Shown one piece after another: positions 52,245 to 62,317 of a stretch of DNA of 64,000 nucleotides (position 1 is the first letter of the stretch; the number at the start of each line of letters is the position of its first letter). The position numbers and the translations under genes were made by a program. The stretch is from the NCBI GenBank assembly GCA_963809895.1, contig CAWELD010000003.1, positions 800,001 to 864,000 on the forward strand. Reading direction: 5' to 3'. This DNA is from an uncultured Gemmatimonadales bacterium (GTDB taxonomy: Bacteria > Gemmatimonadota > Gemmatimonadetes > Longimicrobiales > Gaopeijiaceae). The notes under the pieces were generated by a model that was given only the letters and a program-made list of their open reading frames with translations, did not search any database and was not told where the DNA came from.

Positions 52245-52954
52245 GGCCGCTTCTCCATGGCCACGAGGATCGAATCGAGGACGGGCCACACGTTGTGGGC
52301 CAGGATCAGATGCCCCTCGGCGGTGGGGTGGATTCCGTCGGGCTGATTGAGCTCCGGGATCCCTCCCACGTCCTGGAGAAGGAAGGGGACCAGCGCCGTT
52401 CCTTCGCTGCCCGCCACCCGGGGGAAAACTTCTCGGAAGCGAGTGGTGTAGTCCGGACCGAGGTTCGGCGGCGCTTCCATGCCCAGGAGGATGACGTGCA
52501 CCCCGGGGTGGCGTTGCCGCGCCGTTTGGACGATGGTGCGCAGGTTCGCCTCCAGGGCGCCGGGATCCTGCCCACGGAGCCCGTCGTTCGCCCCCAGCTC
52601 CACCACCAGGACATCCATGGGACGGTCGAGGAGGAAATCCAGGCGCCGGACGCCGCCCGCGCTGGTTTCGCCGCTCACGCCGGCGTTGACGACCTGGATG
52701 GGCAGGCCCGCCGAATCGGCGACGCGGCCCAGGACCTCGGGAAAGCGTCGGTCGGGATCGCGGAGGCCCAGTCCAGCGGTGAGACTCGTCCCCAGGAACA
52801 CGACCACGGGCCGGTTCGCCGCAACGCTGTCCGCCGGTTGCACGGGTGGCGTCGAATCCGCGGCGGCGGCGGGGGGGCTTCCGCCGGACGTGGGCTCGCA
52901 CCCCGCCAGCGCCAGCGCGGCGGCCACCAGGACACTCGGGAGTCTGGAACGCAT
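52241..52954 (-). CDS. tesA: Arylesterase / TesA-like SGNH hydrolase lipoprotein
   Basis: FLGTSLTAG, NAGVSGETSAGG, ELGANDGLRG, QPDGIHP; lipobox LAGC. Confidence 0.9.
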   Translation of the reverse strand: MRSRLPSVLVAAALALAGCEPTSGGSPPAAAADSTPPVQPADSVAANRPVVVFLGTSLTAGLGLRDPDRRFPEVLGRVADSAGLPIQVVNAGVSGETSAGGVRRLDFLLDRPMDVLVVELGANDGLRGQDPGALEANLRTIVQTARQRHPGVHVILLGMEAPPNLGPDYTTRFREVFPRVAGSEGTALVPFLLQDVGGIPELNQPDGIHPTAEGHLILAHNVWPVLDSILVAMEKRP

Positions 52955-53644
52955 ATGATCGTGGCGGAGAATCTGGGAAAGACGTACGAGAGCGGTGGTC
53001 GACCGCTGCCGGTCCTTCGTGACGTGGATTTGAGCGTCGCGCCCCGGGACGTGGTGGCCGTGCTCGGACCCTCGGGCAGCGGCAAGTCCACCCTCCTGGG
53101 GCTCCTGGCGGGGCTGGACGAGCCCACGACCGGTCGGGTTCTTCTGGATGGTCAGGACCTTGCGGCTCTCAGCGAGGATCAGAGGGCGGGATTTCGTGCT
53201 CGAAACGTAGGGTTCGTCTTCCAGACGTTCCACCTCCTGCCGACCCTGACGGCGCTGGAGAACGTGCTGGTGCCCATGGAGCTGCTGGGGCGCGACCGTC
53301 CCGCCGACCACCGGACGCGTGCCGAGTCCCTCCTGGCCAGAGTGGGGCTCGCCGACCGGCAGCACCACTATCCGGCCCAACTCTCCGGTGGCGAGCAGCA
53401 GCGCGTGGCGGTGGCGCGGGCCTTCGCCGCGCGTCCGCGCATCCTCTTCGCCGACGAGCCCACGGGCAATCTCGACCGGGACACCGGACACCGCATCGTG
53501 GACCTGTTGGTGGAGCTCAATCAGGAATCCGAAACGACGCTCGTGCTGGTCACCCATGACGCGACGCTGGCCGATCGCGCCGGCCGCGTGGTGCGGCTCG
53601 AGGGCGGAAGAGTCGTCTCCGACGTGCGCAGAGACGAGCGGTGA
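52955..53644 (+). CDS. ybbA: ABC transporter ATP-binding protein (YbbA-like)
   Basis: [27 protein letters not shown]; divergent from tesA. Confidence 0.9.
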   Translation: MIVAENLGKTYESGGRPLPVLRDVDLSVAPRDVVAVLGPSGSGKSTLLGLLAGLDEPTTGRVLLDGQDLAALSEDQRAGFRARNVGFVFQTFHLLPTLTALENVLVPMELLGRDRPADHRTRAESLLARVGLADRQHHYPAQLSGGEQQRVAVARAFAARPRILFADEPTGNLDRDTGHRIVDLLVELNQESETTLVLVTHDATLADRAGRVVRLEGGRVVSDVRRDER

Positions 53645-56184
53645 TCCCCTTTCCCGTCCTGCTGGCCTGGCGCGAAGCCCGGGCCGGCGTTCGGCGCGTG
53701 GGTCTCTACGGGCTCTCCATCGGCCTGGGTGTGGCGGCGCTGGTCTCCATCCACTCGTTCCGCCAGGACGTGTCCCGCTCGATTCGCGAGCAGTCGCGGG
53801 TGCTCATGGGTGCCGACGCCCTGTTGGAAGGCTCGCGGCCGCTGCCGGACTCGCTCACCCGGGTCGTGGACTCCCTGGCCGCTGCGGGCTACCGGGTGGC
53901 CACGGTGGTGAACGCCGTCTCCATGGTGGCGGCCCCGTCGTCGGGCGACGTGCGTCTCCTGCAGGTGCGCTCCGTGGATGGAGGATGGCCGTTCTACGGT
54001 GACCTCGTCACCGAGCCGGCCGGTGCGTGGTCGGGACTCTCCGGGTCCGGGACTGCCCTGGTGGACCCGGCGGTGCTCACGCAGCTCGAGGTGCGGGTGG
54101 GTGACACGCTGGCAGTGGGCCGGTCCCGCGTGCTCATCGCCGGTACGGTGAAGGACGTGCCCACGGACGTGGGCTTCCAGACGGCGGTGGGGCCTCGGGT
54201 GTGGCTGGGACCGGGAGCCCTGGAACGGGCGGGCCTGTTGGGCTTCGGCAGCCTGGCACGCTACGAGACCTATCTGCAGGCGCCTGCCGACGCAGACGTG
54301 GACGCGGTCCGCGAACGCTACGACAAGGTGTTCGAGGCGACGCAGATTCGCTTCGTGAGCGCCGATCGGCGCGCGCGCTCGCTCACCCGTGCCGTGGCCG
54401 ATCTGAGCCGCTTTCTCGGCCTCGTGGGGTTGGGCGCGCTGCTCCTGGGGGGCCTGGGCGTGGCCAGCGCCATCCACGTCTTCGTGCGCGAGCGCCTCAC
54501 CCAGGTGGCGGTACTCCGCTGCATCGGCGCGCGCCAGAACGGCCTCTTCTCCGCCTATCTGCTCCAGGCGGCGGCCCTGGGACTGGCCGGGGCGGGCGCC
54601 GGCGCCGTCCTGGGGGTCGTGGTCCAGCATCTCCTCCCGGGCCTGCTGTCGGGTGTGCTGCCGGTGGACGTGACGCCCCGTATCGCCTGGGGCACGGTGG
54701 CCGGGGGCGTCGGCATCGGGCTCTGGGTGGCGACGCTCTTCGCGCTGCTCCCGCTCCTGGGCGTCCGCAACGTGCCGCCGCTGCGGGCGCTGCGGGCCGA
54801 CGTGGAGGGAGATCCCCGGCGGGGTCGCGGGCTGCGGGCCCTGGTGCTGGCGGGGCTGGCCGGCTCCGTGGTGTTGCTGGCCGTGCTGGAGGCCGAATCC
54901 ACCCGGCAGGGGCTCGGGTTCGCGGCGGGTCTGGCCGGTGCGACGCTGGTGCTGTGGGGTGCGGGCCTGGCGGCGGTCAAGCTGGCGCGGCGCTTCTTCC
55001 CGCGCCGCGCTCCCTATCCCGTGCGCCAGGGGTTCTCCAACCTCTTCCGTCCGCGCAATCAGACGGTGGGGGTAACGCTGGCGCTGGGCTTCGGCGCCTT
55101 CGTGGTGGCGACCCTCCTGCAGGTGCAGTCCAACCTCACCCGCGTGCTGAGCTTCGAGGACGACGGCAGCCGGCCCAATCTCCTCCTGTTCGACATCCAG
55201 GACGATCAGCGGGACCAGGTCGTGGAGCTCCTGCCGCCCACCGCCCGCGGCACGGCCGAGATCACGCCCATGGTCCCGTCGCGCCTGGTGGAGATCGACG
55301 GCAGGACCCCTGCGGAGCTGCGCGACGAGGACGGCCCCGGGCGGCCGCAGGGCTGGGCGCTCCGTCGGGAGTACCGCCACACCTGGCGCGCCGACCTCAC
55401 CGACGCCGAGACCCTGGTGGCGGGATCGTGGTGGCCGGATGCGCCGCCGGCCCCTCCCGGGATGGCGCGCATTTCGGTGGAGCAGGATCTGGCCACCGAT
55501 CTGGGCGTGACCGTCGGAGACACCCTGGTGTGGAGCTCGGGCGGGCTCCGGATTCCCTCGGTGGTCACCAGCCTGCGGCAGGTGGACTGGGATCGCTTCC
55601 AGACCAATTTCTTCGTGGTCTTCGAGCCCGGAGGATTGGAGGGCGCTCCGGTCACCTGGGTGGTGTTGGCCCGGCTCGAAGGCGAGGGAGCGCGGGCGGC
55701 CTTCCAGCGTCGGCTGGTGGCCGCGCTCCCCAACGTGTCCGTCCTGGACATCAGCCGGATCCAGGAGGTCGTGGAGGACATCCTGGGCAAGGTCGGTCGC
55801 GCCATCCGTTTTCTGGCGGGATTCGCCGGCGTGGCGGGGCTGGTGGTTCTGGCAGGGGCCCTGGCCACCTCCCGCCATCAACGGCTGCGGGAGGGGGCCC
55901 TGCTCAAGACGCTGGGCGCCCGCCGGCGTCAGCTCCTGGTGGTGCTCTTCACCGAGTTCCTGGCCCTGGCGAGTCTGGCCACGCTGGTGGGGGTGGTACT
56001 GGCCATGGTGGCCGCCGGCGCCCTGGTGCGACTGGGCTTCGACACTTCGTTCCGCCCCGACCTGGGCTCCGCCGTGGGCATCTGGTTGGCGGTGAGCGTC
56101 CTCACCGTGGTGACCGGGTTCCTCGGAAGTCGGGGGCTGCTCAAGCGCCGCCCTCTCCCGCTGCTCCGGGAGCTGTCGGACTGA
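53641..56184 (+). CDS. ybbP: ABC transporter permease (YbbP-like)
   Basis: AWRE, LMGADA, WPFYG, LLFDIQ, LRQVDW...NFFVVF, LKTLGA. Confidence 0.88.
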   Translation: MIPFPVLLAWREARAGVRRVGLYGLSIGLGVAALVSIHSFRQDVSRSIREQSRVLMGADALLEGSRPLPDSLTRVVDSLAAAGYRVATVVNAVSMVAAPSSGDVRLLQVRSVDGGWPFYGDLVTEPAGAWSGLSGSGTALVDPAVLTQLEVRVGDTLAVGRSRVLIAGTVKDVPTDVGFQTAVGPRVWLGPGALERAGLLGFGSLARYETYLQAPADADVDAVRERYDKVFEATQIRFVSADRRARSLTRAVADLSRFLGLVGLGALLLGGLGVASAIHVFVRERLTQVAVLRCIGARQNGLFSAYLLQAAALGLAGAGAGAVLGVVVQHLLPGLLSGVLPVDVTPRIAWGTVAGGVGIGLWVATLFALLPLLGVRNVPPLRALRADVEGDPRRGRGLRALVLAGLAGSVVLLAVLEAESTRQGLGFAAGLAGATLVLWGAGLAAVKLARRFFPRRAPYPVRQGFSNLFRPRNQTVGVTLALGFGAFVVATLLQVQSNLTRVLSFEDDGSRPNLLLFDIQDDQRDQVVELLPPTARGTAEITPMVPSRLVEIDGRTPAELRDEDGPGRPQGWALRREYRHTWRADLTDAETLVAGSWWPDAPPAPPGMARISVEQDLATDLGVTVGDTLVWSSGGLRIPSVVTSLRQVDWDRFQTNFFVVFEPGGLEGAPVTWVVLARLEGEGARAAFQRRLVAALPNVSVLDISRIQEVVEDILGKVGRAIRFLAGFAGVAGLVVLAGALATSRHQRLREGALLKTLGARRRQLLVVLFTEFLALASLATLVGVVLAMVAAGALVRLGFDTSFRPDLGSAVGIWLAVSVLTVVTGFLGSRGLLKRRPLPLLRELSD

Positions 56185-57238
56185 CCTGGACCCCCCTGCC
56201 GGCGCCGTCGAGGAGAATGCGGATCTCGTTTCCGGAGGTGCGGATGATGAGGACGTCGCCGTCCCGGCTCACCGTCACCGGCTGTCCGCGCACCTCCACC
56301 TGGGCCGGACCGATGGTGCCGGCGTAGCGCAGCTGGCCGGCCCGGCCGGGGGCCTCGACCACGGTGCCCCGGCCCTCCGCCCTGGACGGCAGCGGCGACA
56401 CCGACGCCTCGGGCATGGGCTCCTTTCGCGAGGCACGGGTCGTCACGTCCACGGAGCGTCCGTCACGGGCCACGGTCCAACGCACACGGTCTCCGGGCTC
56501 GATGGCCGAGAAGGCCCGGCTGCCCTCGACCTTCAGGAGATCCGCACCGTTGACGGCGCGCAGCTCGTCGCCGGGCTGGAGTCCCCCGGGGGCGCCACTG
56601 CCGGGCTCCACGCCGTAGACCGTGGGGTACTCGCGGAATCGCCACAGGCCATCGCGGCTGTCGTAGGTGCATCCGTCGCACTCGAAGGCGAACCCCAGGC
56701 GCGCCCGCGGCAGGATCGGACTGGTGGCCGGGGGGGCGGGCGGCGCCGGCTGCACCGGGGCCGCGGGCTCGGCCGGAAGTGGAGGGAGGGGAGGCTCGGG
56801 ACTCGGGGCCTCGGGGGCGCGCGGTGCCGGAGGCGCCGGGCGCAGATCGATGCAGGTCGCCCACGGCGTCGCCCGGATCTCCCGGAGCTCGCCGTCCCGC
56901 CGCACGCGCAGCGTCACCGGACGATCCGGGAGGAGCTCGTAGAGTCGTGCAGCGCCCTCGCGGGTGGTGATGAGATCGCCGTTCACGGCCACCAGGACAT
57001 CGCCGGGACGCAGCACCGAGCTTCGTGCCACCGCGGTGATCTCGGGCTCGGTGCCGAAGCGGGCATGGACCACGGCACCGTCTGATGTACTGAAGGTGCA
57101 GTCGCGGCAGCGGATACCTGTGATGCCCAGGTTGCCGGCCACCCGTCCTTCGGTACATGCGTTCTGGGCGGCGACCGCTGCGGGAATCGCCAGGGCGAAG
57201 GCGAACAGGGTGGTGGCGAATCTATGCGTCGTGAACAT
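56141..57238 (-). CDS. Secreted tandem-PDZ protein with CxxC inserts
   Basis: Signal peptide; LGITGIRCRDC...LRPGDVLVAVNG and LGFAFECDGC...LQPGDELRAVNG; Pro-rich linker. Confidence 0.82.
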   Translation of the reverse strand: MFTTHRFATTLFAFALAIPAAVAAQNACTEGRVAGNLGITGIRCRDCTFSTSDGAVVHARFGTEPEITAVARSSVLRPGDVLVAVNGDLITTREGAARLYELLPDRPVTLRVRRDGELREIRATPWATCIDLRPAPPAPRAPEAPSPEPPLPPLPAEPAAPVQPAPPAPPATSPILPRARLGFAFECDGCTYDSRDGLWRFREYPTVYGVEPGSGAPGGLQPGDELRAVNGADLLKVEGSRAFSAIEPGDRVRWTVARDGRSVDVTTRASRKEPMPEASVSPLPSRAEGRGTVVEAPGRAGQLRYAGTIGPAQVEVRGQPVTVSRDGDVLIIRTSGNEIRILLDGAGRGVQVSPTAPGAAGEGGA

Positions 57239-57272
57239 GTCGTCCTCCTCCGGGACGGGCCCGGACGTGGGG

Positions 57273-57836
57273 TCAGAACCAGAGCGTGGAGCGTGCCGCG
57301 CGGTCGGCAGGCGAAGGAGTGGCGTTCAGGATGGCCAGGATGCGCGCCAGGCGGCCGTCGTCGGGCGACAGGCGCGCGAGCTCCGTCACCGCGGCCCGGA
57401 GCGTCGCCAGCGCCACCTCGCGACCCTGGGGATACGTGTCCGTCGCCTGCAGGGCGTTCATGGCCTCCACGTAGAGCGTGCCGGTCTGCTGGATCATGGC
57501 GGCCCGCTCTGCGGGCGTGCCGCCACGGGTGGCGTTGGCGGTCAACACGGCCTCGAGCGCCGAGCGGCCCCCCGTGTACTGCCCCACGGCGAAGCCACCG
57601 GCGAACAGAGCCACGGCAGCCGCTACGGCGGCGACCATCCAGGGTGCCCGCAGCCGGCGATGGGAGCCTCCCGGCCGAACCAGCCCCTCGCTGCGGAGCG
57701 CCGACACGACCCGGTCTTCGAGGCCTGCCGGTGGAATCAGGTCGCGGACCAACGGGTCGAGGTGAACCGGTGCCGGCTCGGGCTCCTGGGTCCGCTTCTC
57801 CGCATCGTGTCCGGATCGATCATCCTTCGGTGTCAT
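57273..57836 (-). CDS. Putative membrane anti-sigma factor
   Basis: PPAGLEDRVV followed by a TM helix; ATGA-coupled to the ECF sigma. Confidence 0.7.
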   Translation of the reverse strand: MTPKDDRSGHDAEKRTQEPEPAPVHLDPLVRDLIPPAGLEDRVVSALRSEGLVRPGGSHRRLRAPWMVAAVAAAVALFAGGFAVGQYTGGRSALEAVLTANATRGGTPAERAAMIQQTGTLYVEAMNALQATDTYPQGREVALATLRAAVTELARLSPDDGRLARILAILNATPSPADRAARSTLWF

Positions 57837-58390
57837 GCGTCGTCTCCATCGCCGAGCATGCGGCGTAGCGCTCGGCGCGCGTGGAAGAGCTGGCTTCGGG
57901 AGGTCCCCACGGCGATCTCGAGTCGCTCGCTGATCTCGGGGTGGGTGTAGCCCTCCCAATCGTGCAGCAAGAGGACCGCGCGGTATCCCTCGGGGAGCGC
58001 CCGGAGGGCGTCCTCCAGGTCCATGCGCATTCCTGGATCGGTCGGCGGCATGGAGGGGGGCGGGGCGTCGGCGAGGTCGCCGTCGTCCCGGCGGCGCCGT
58101 GCCCGTCGAAAGTGCTCCCGCACCCGATTGACGGCGATTCCGGTGATCCAGGTCCGCAGCGACGAGCGCCAGGCGAACGCCGGCAGCCCCCGGACCGCAC
58201 GCAGCCAGGCGTCCTGGACGACGTCGTCCACGTCGGGCCCGGGTCCACCCATCATGCGGACCACCAGGCCGTACACCGCCGGCGTGTGGCGACGATAGAG
58301 AAGGCGGAAGGCCTCCTCGTCACCGTGCTGGACGAGTCGGCTGGCCAGTCTGCGATCGCTGGCGTCGCTTCGAGGAGTCGCGTCGGTCAT
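57833..58390 (-). CDS. ECF sigma-70 factor
   Basis: AFRLLYRRH, DDVVQDAW, SSLRTWI, LPEGYRAVLLLHD, GTSRSQLFHARR. Confidence 0.94.
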   Translation of the reverse strand: MTDATPRSDASDRRLASRLVQHGDEEAFRLLYRRHTPAVYGLVVRMMGGPGPDVDDVVQDAWLRAVRGLPAFAWRSSLRTWITGIAVNRVREHFRRARRRRDDGDLADAPPPSMPPTDPGMRMDLEDALRALPEGYRAVLLLHDWEGYTHPEISERLEIAVGTSRSQLFHARRALRRMLGDGDDA

Positions 58391-58435
58391 CGTGGTTGAG
58401 TGGCCCTGACCCCCCGGAACGTTGGTTGGCGAGGA

Positions 58436-58843
58436 TCAGGCCTCGGGCAGATCCTCGTCGGAGACCTGTAGCACCGGCTGGTGGTGGCAGGATTCGCAGT
58501 CCAGGGAGAGAGGCGAGCGGAGCCGTGTGGGGCCGGGGAGGCTCAACGCCGCGCCGCAACGCGGGCAGCGGGCATCGAGGCCCACGAGGGTGAAGCGCTC
58601 CAGCCACCTGCGACGCCCGAGAACCGCTCCCCCGATCATGGCGCCGGCCGCCCACGGCACGTGAGGAGGAACCAGGGCCGCCACCGGTGCCAGGGCGAGT
58701 CCACCCCCCACCAGGGGCAGGGCCCGGGTGACGCGCCAGCGCGTGCTGCGTGGTTTGAGCGTGACAACGGCGTCGGTCGCTTCGTGTCCGAACAGAGTCA
58801 CGCGGGCAGGCACGGTCACGGTAGCTTGGGTTGGTTCGGACAC
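58436..58843 (-). CDS. Membrane protein with C-terminal zinc ribbon
   Basis: TM hairpin (PPHVPW), then CPRCG...CESC. Confidence 0.7.
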   Translation of the reverse strand: MSEPTQATVTVPARVTLFGHEATDAVVTLKPRSTRWRVTRALPLVGGGLALAPVAALVPPHVPWAAGAMIGGAVLGRRRWLERFTLVGLDARCPRCGAALSLPGPTRLRSPLSLDCESCHHQPVLQVSDEDLPEA

Positions 58844-58976
58844 GTCTCGATCCGGGCAAAAGCGCAGAAACAGATGTCGCCAGGGCGGCCTCGGGAATAT
58901 ATCTTCCGAGGCCGTTCGCCCAAACGTTGCCACGGATCGCCGTCCTGTCCGCCCGCACCGAGGCTCTCCCACGGTC

Positions 58977-61073
58977 GTGACGCCTACTCCCGCATCCGAA
59001 TCCACGGCCCGCGGCGGGCCTCGGCCCGTCCTGGCACGGGAGTTCACGCAGTTCCTGCTGGAGCTCGCCATCGGGGTGCATCGGTACGCCGTCTATCCCC
59101 CGGGCCATCCGTCTCTGGAGCCCATGGCCGACGCCGTGACCGAGCTCCTGGAGGAGCTGCTGCGCGATCGGGCCGTACTTCGCATCGGTGTCGGACGTCG
59201 CGAGCTCCTGCTCGAGGGCGGCAGCACGGACCCGGGGCACCCGGTCCTGGGCGACCTGGCCCACCGACTTCATCACCGACAGATCAGCGGCGTCAGCTTC
59301 GCCCACGGCATCCGCCCGACGGAGGTCGAGGGATTGCTGGAGACGCTGGGGCGCGAGATGGACGCCGAGGCGGTTCCCCTCGGCCTCCGGCCCGTCGAGG
59401 AGATCCCGTCGTGGCCCCACGTCCGCATCCATCCTCTGGGGATGGAACGGCTGGGTGTGGCGGACGAACCGGGCTTCGGCGGCGCGCGAGCGCTGGACCT
59501 CTGGATGAGCCTGGCCGGGCTGGTGCTGCGCGAGGAAGCGATGGATGCCGACCAGGCTTCCGACGCCCGCATCGTGGCCGCGCGGCTCACGGAAGGCCCA
59601 GCGGACGAAGCCGTGGAGCGCGAGGTGGCGGATCACCTGGCGCAACTGGCCGCCGAGCTGCGTGCCACCTCCGGTCCGGAGACGGAGAAGGTCCGCGACA
59701 AGGTGGCGGTTCTCCTGGAGCATCTCGATCGCGAGGTGCTGGACAGGATCATCGCCATGGGCGGTGACGTCGCGCGGCGCCAGGCCCTGCTACGCGACGT
59801 GAACCACAGCCTTCCCATGGACGCTGTGCTGCGGGTCATGGAGTCCGCGGCTCGTACCGGCGGCCAGACCATCTCGCATTCCATGGCCCGCTTGCTGAGC
59901 AAGCTCTCGGTGCACGCCCCGGCGCCCGGCGCATCGGCCGGCGGGCCCGACCGTGTCGCGGGATGGTCGCCTGCGGGAGCGGGATTGCGCGACATCGTGG
60001 ACCATCTGCTGGAGGACTGGGATCTCGACGACCCCAATCCCGACCGTTACACCGCCGTGCTGGACAGCATGGCGCGGGCGGCCCCGCTGCTCCGCGAGCG
60101 GGCCGACGCCGAAGACGCGGCCGGGACCGCTCTGCCGGGAGCCGCACGCATCGTCCGCACCGCCCTGGAGGCGGGGGCATTCGGGACGACGGTGAAGCGG
60201 GCGATCCTCGACCTGATCGACCGGGGAGAGGCCGGCGAACTGGTGGAGCTGCTCCGGGAGTCCGGTGAGGAAGATCCGACGGCGGCGCGCATGCTGGATT
60301 TCCTGACCGAGCCGGAGCAGCTCCACCGGATCCTGGCGCGAGAGGACGTGGAGGAGCAAGCCCTGAGCGCCCTGGTGGTGCGGAGCGGCGAGGACTCCAT
60401 CGAGCCTCTCATGGACGTTCTGGTGGAGTCGGAGTCGCGCTCGCTGCGCCGCAAGGTCTTCGACGTGTTGGCGGGGCTGGGGCCCCGGGTGGCCGAGAAG
60501 GCTCTGGAGCGGCTCGAGGACCGGCGCTGGTTCGTGCAACGGAACATGCTCGCGCTCCTCAACCACCTGGAGGGGCTGCCCCGGGGCTTCGATCCGCTCT
60601 GGTTCACGGACCACGGGGACTACCGGGTGCGTCGCGAGGCGTTTCCGCTGGCGCTGCGCGACGGCGCATCGCGGGACCGCGCGTTGTCGTTGGCGCTCTC
60701 GGATCGTGACGAGCGTCTGGTACGCATGGCCCTGCTCGAGCTGCGCGACGGTGTGCCGGAGGCTCTGGTGCCGACGCTGGTGAGCCGGGTGCTCGAGGCC
60801 GAGCGCACCGACGAGATCCGGGCGTTGGGTGTGCGCACGGTCCGGTACAGCGAGTCGGTGCTGGTCCGTGACGCGCTTGTGGGGCTCGCCGCGCCTGGAC
60901 GCTCGCTCTTCGGACGGCCGCGCCTGGGGGCGCCGTCGGCCTCCGTGCTCTCCGCCCTCGAGGTGTTGGATGCTCGCTGGCGCTGGGACCGCGCGGCGCT
61001 GGCGGTACTGGACCAGGCCCGTCGCAGCCGGGACCCGGCCATCCGCCGGGCCGTGGGGAGTCAGGAGCGATGA
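58977..61073 (+). CDS. HEAT-repeat protein with YPxxHP N-terminal domain (start uncertain)
   Basis: YPPGHP; LEDRRWFVQRNMLALL, DYRVRREA and DERLVRMAL HEAT-like repeats. Confidence 0.82.
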   Translation: MTPTPASESTARGGPRPVLAREFTQFLLELAIGVHRYAVYPPGHPSLEPMADAVTELLEELLRDRAVLRIGVGRRELLLEGGSTDPGHPVLGDLAHRLHHRQISGVSFAHGIRPTEVEGLLETLGREMDAEAVPLGLRPVEEIPSWPHVRIHPLGMERLGVADEPGFGGARALDLWMSLAGLVLREEAMDADQASDARIVAARLTEGPADEAVEREVADHLAQLAAELRATSGPETEKVRDKVAVLLEHLDREVLDRIIAMGGDVARRQALLRDVNHSLPMDAVLRVMESAARTGGQTISHSMARLLSKLSVHAPAPGASAGGPDRVAGWSPAGAGLRDIVDHLLEDWDLDDPNPDRYTAVLDSMARAAPLLRERADAEDAAGTALPGAARIVRTALEAGAFGTTVKRAILDLIDRGEAGELVELLRESGEEDPTAARMLDFLTEPEQLHRILAREDVEEQALSALVVRSGEDSIEPLMDVLVESESRSLRRKVFDVLAGLGPRVAEKALERLEDRRWFVQRNMLALLNHLEGLPRGFDPLWFTDHGDYRVRREAFPLALRDGASRDRALSLALSDRDERLVRMALLELRDGVPEALVPTLVSRVLEAERTDEIRALGVRTVRYSESVLVRDALVGLAAPGRSLFGRPRLGAPSASVLSALEVLDARWRWDRAALAVLDQARRSRDPAIRRAVGSQER

Positions 61074-62317
61074 GCGAAGCCGCCGAATTCCTCGTCTCGC
61101 TGTCCCAGGCCGTGAGCAACATGGGACTCTATCCGGCGGAGCACCCGGCCCGTCAGAAGGCCGTGCAGCGCTCCTGGGAGAAGCTGCAGCGCTTCCAGGA
61201 GGCGCATCCCACGGCGCAGTTCAGCTTCCTGGAAGAGTTGACCGTGCTCGGGCGGCGACCGGTGCGCCCCCTCCATCAGTGGGAATGGGGTGAGCGGTTG
61301 TGGAGCGTGGGCATTCAGCGCCTGGAGATCACGGGTCCGGTCTCCCGCGACGACCTGGAGACCTTCCTGAGCGAGATCCTGCGGCGCCTGTCCGGCCTTC
61401 CCGCCGAGACCGCCCAGGCCCGCCACGCGCAGATGACCCATCTGCGCTTCGGAGCGCTGGGGACCGGGGCCGGCGGCGAGGAGGCGGATCGCGAAGGCGA
61501 GGGGCGCCTGGTGACCTTCTCCCTGGCCGAAGAGATGGAGGCCGTGGACTGGCTCCACCAGGAGGTGCGCCAGGGGCGCCCGCTCCACCTGGTGGAGGCG
61601 GAGACAGTGGTACGATCGTTGGCGCTGGCGATGCACGGGGACCAGGACTACCTGATTCCGCTGCTCCGACTCAAGGATTTCGACCAGTACACCACCACCC
61701 ACGCCATGAACGTCGCGGTCCTCTCCATGGCGCTTGCAGAGCATATCGGGGTGGGGGATTCCGAGGTGCGTGCCTTCGGGTTCGCCGGTCTCCTCCACGA
61801 CCTGGGCAAGGTCACCGTTCCCGACGAGATCCTGCACAAGCCGGGCCGGCTCACCGACTCGGAGCGCGAGGTCATGGAAGGCCACCCCCGCGAGGGTGCG
61901 CGCCTGATCCTGAGCTCCGAGGAGAACCTGGACCTGGCCGCGGTGGTGGCCTTCGAGCACCACATCAGGCTCGACGGTAGCGGCTATCCCCGCACGGCCC
62001 ACCCGCGCCGGTGCCATCAGGCCTCGGATCTCGTCCACGTGTGCGACGTCTTCGACGCCCTGCGGACCCACCGGCCCTACCGGGACGCCTGGGAGCTGGC
62101 ACGAGTACTTCAGTACATCGAGCGCGGCGCGGGACGTGAGTTCGATGCGGATCTGGCCCAGGCGTTCGTGCGCATGATGCGGGCCATGACCGGCCGCGTG
62201 GCCGAGGTGGAGGACCGGGACGAGCCCCTCCTGGTGGCGGGACCCGAAGGCTCCGGTCTCATGCCCCGTCCGGCAACGGGGCCATCGTCAGCCGCCGGCA
62301 GCGGCGAAGGCGCGTAG
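61070..62317 (+). CDS. HD-GYP domain phosphodiesterase
   Basis: YTTTH, LLHDLGK, EHHIRLDGSGYP, CDVFDAL...RPYR. Confidence 0.92.
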   Translation: MSEAAEFLVSLSQAVSNMGLYPAEHPARQKAVQRSWEKLQRFQEAHPTAQFSFLEELTVLGRRPVRPLHQWEWGERLWSVGIQRLEITGPVSRDDLETFLSEILRRLSGLPAETAQARHAQMTHLRFGALGTGAGGEEADREGEGRLVTFSLAEEMEAVDWLHQEVRQGRPLHLVEAETVVRSLALAMHGDQDYLIPLLRLKDFDQYTTTHAMNVAVLSMALAEHIGVGDSEVRAFGFAGLLHDLGKVTVPDEILHKPGRLTDSEREVMEGHPREGARLILSSEENLDLAAVVAFEHHIRLDGSGYPRTAHPRRCHQASDLVHVCDVFDALRTHRPYRDAWELARVLQYIERGAGREFDADLAQAFVRMMRAMTGRVAEVEDRDEPLLVAGPEGSGLMPRPATGPSSAAGSGEGA

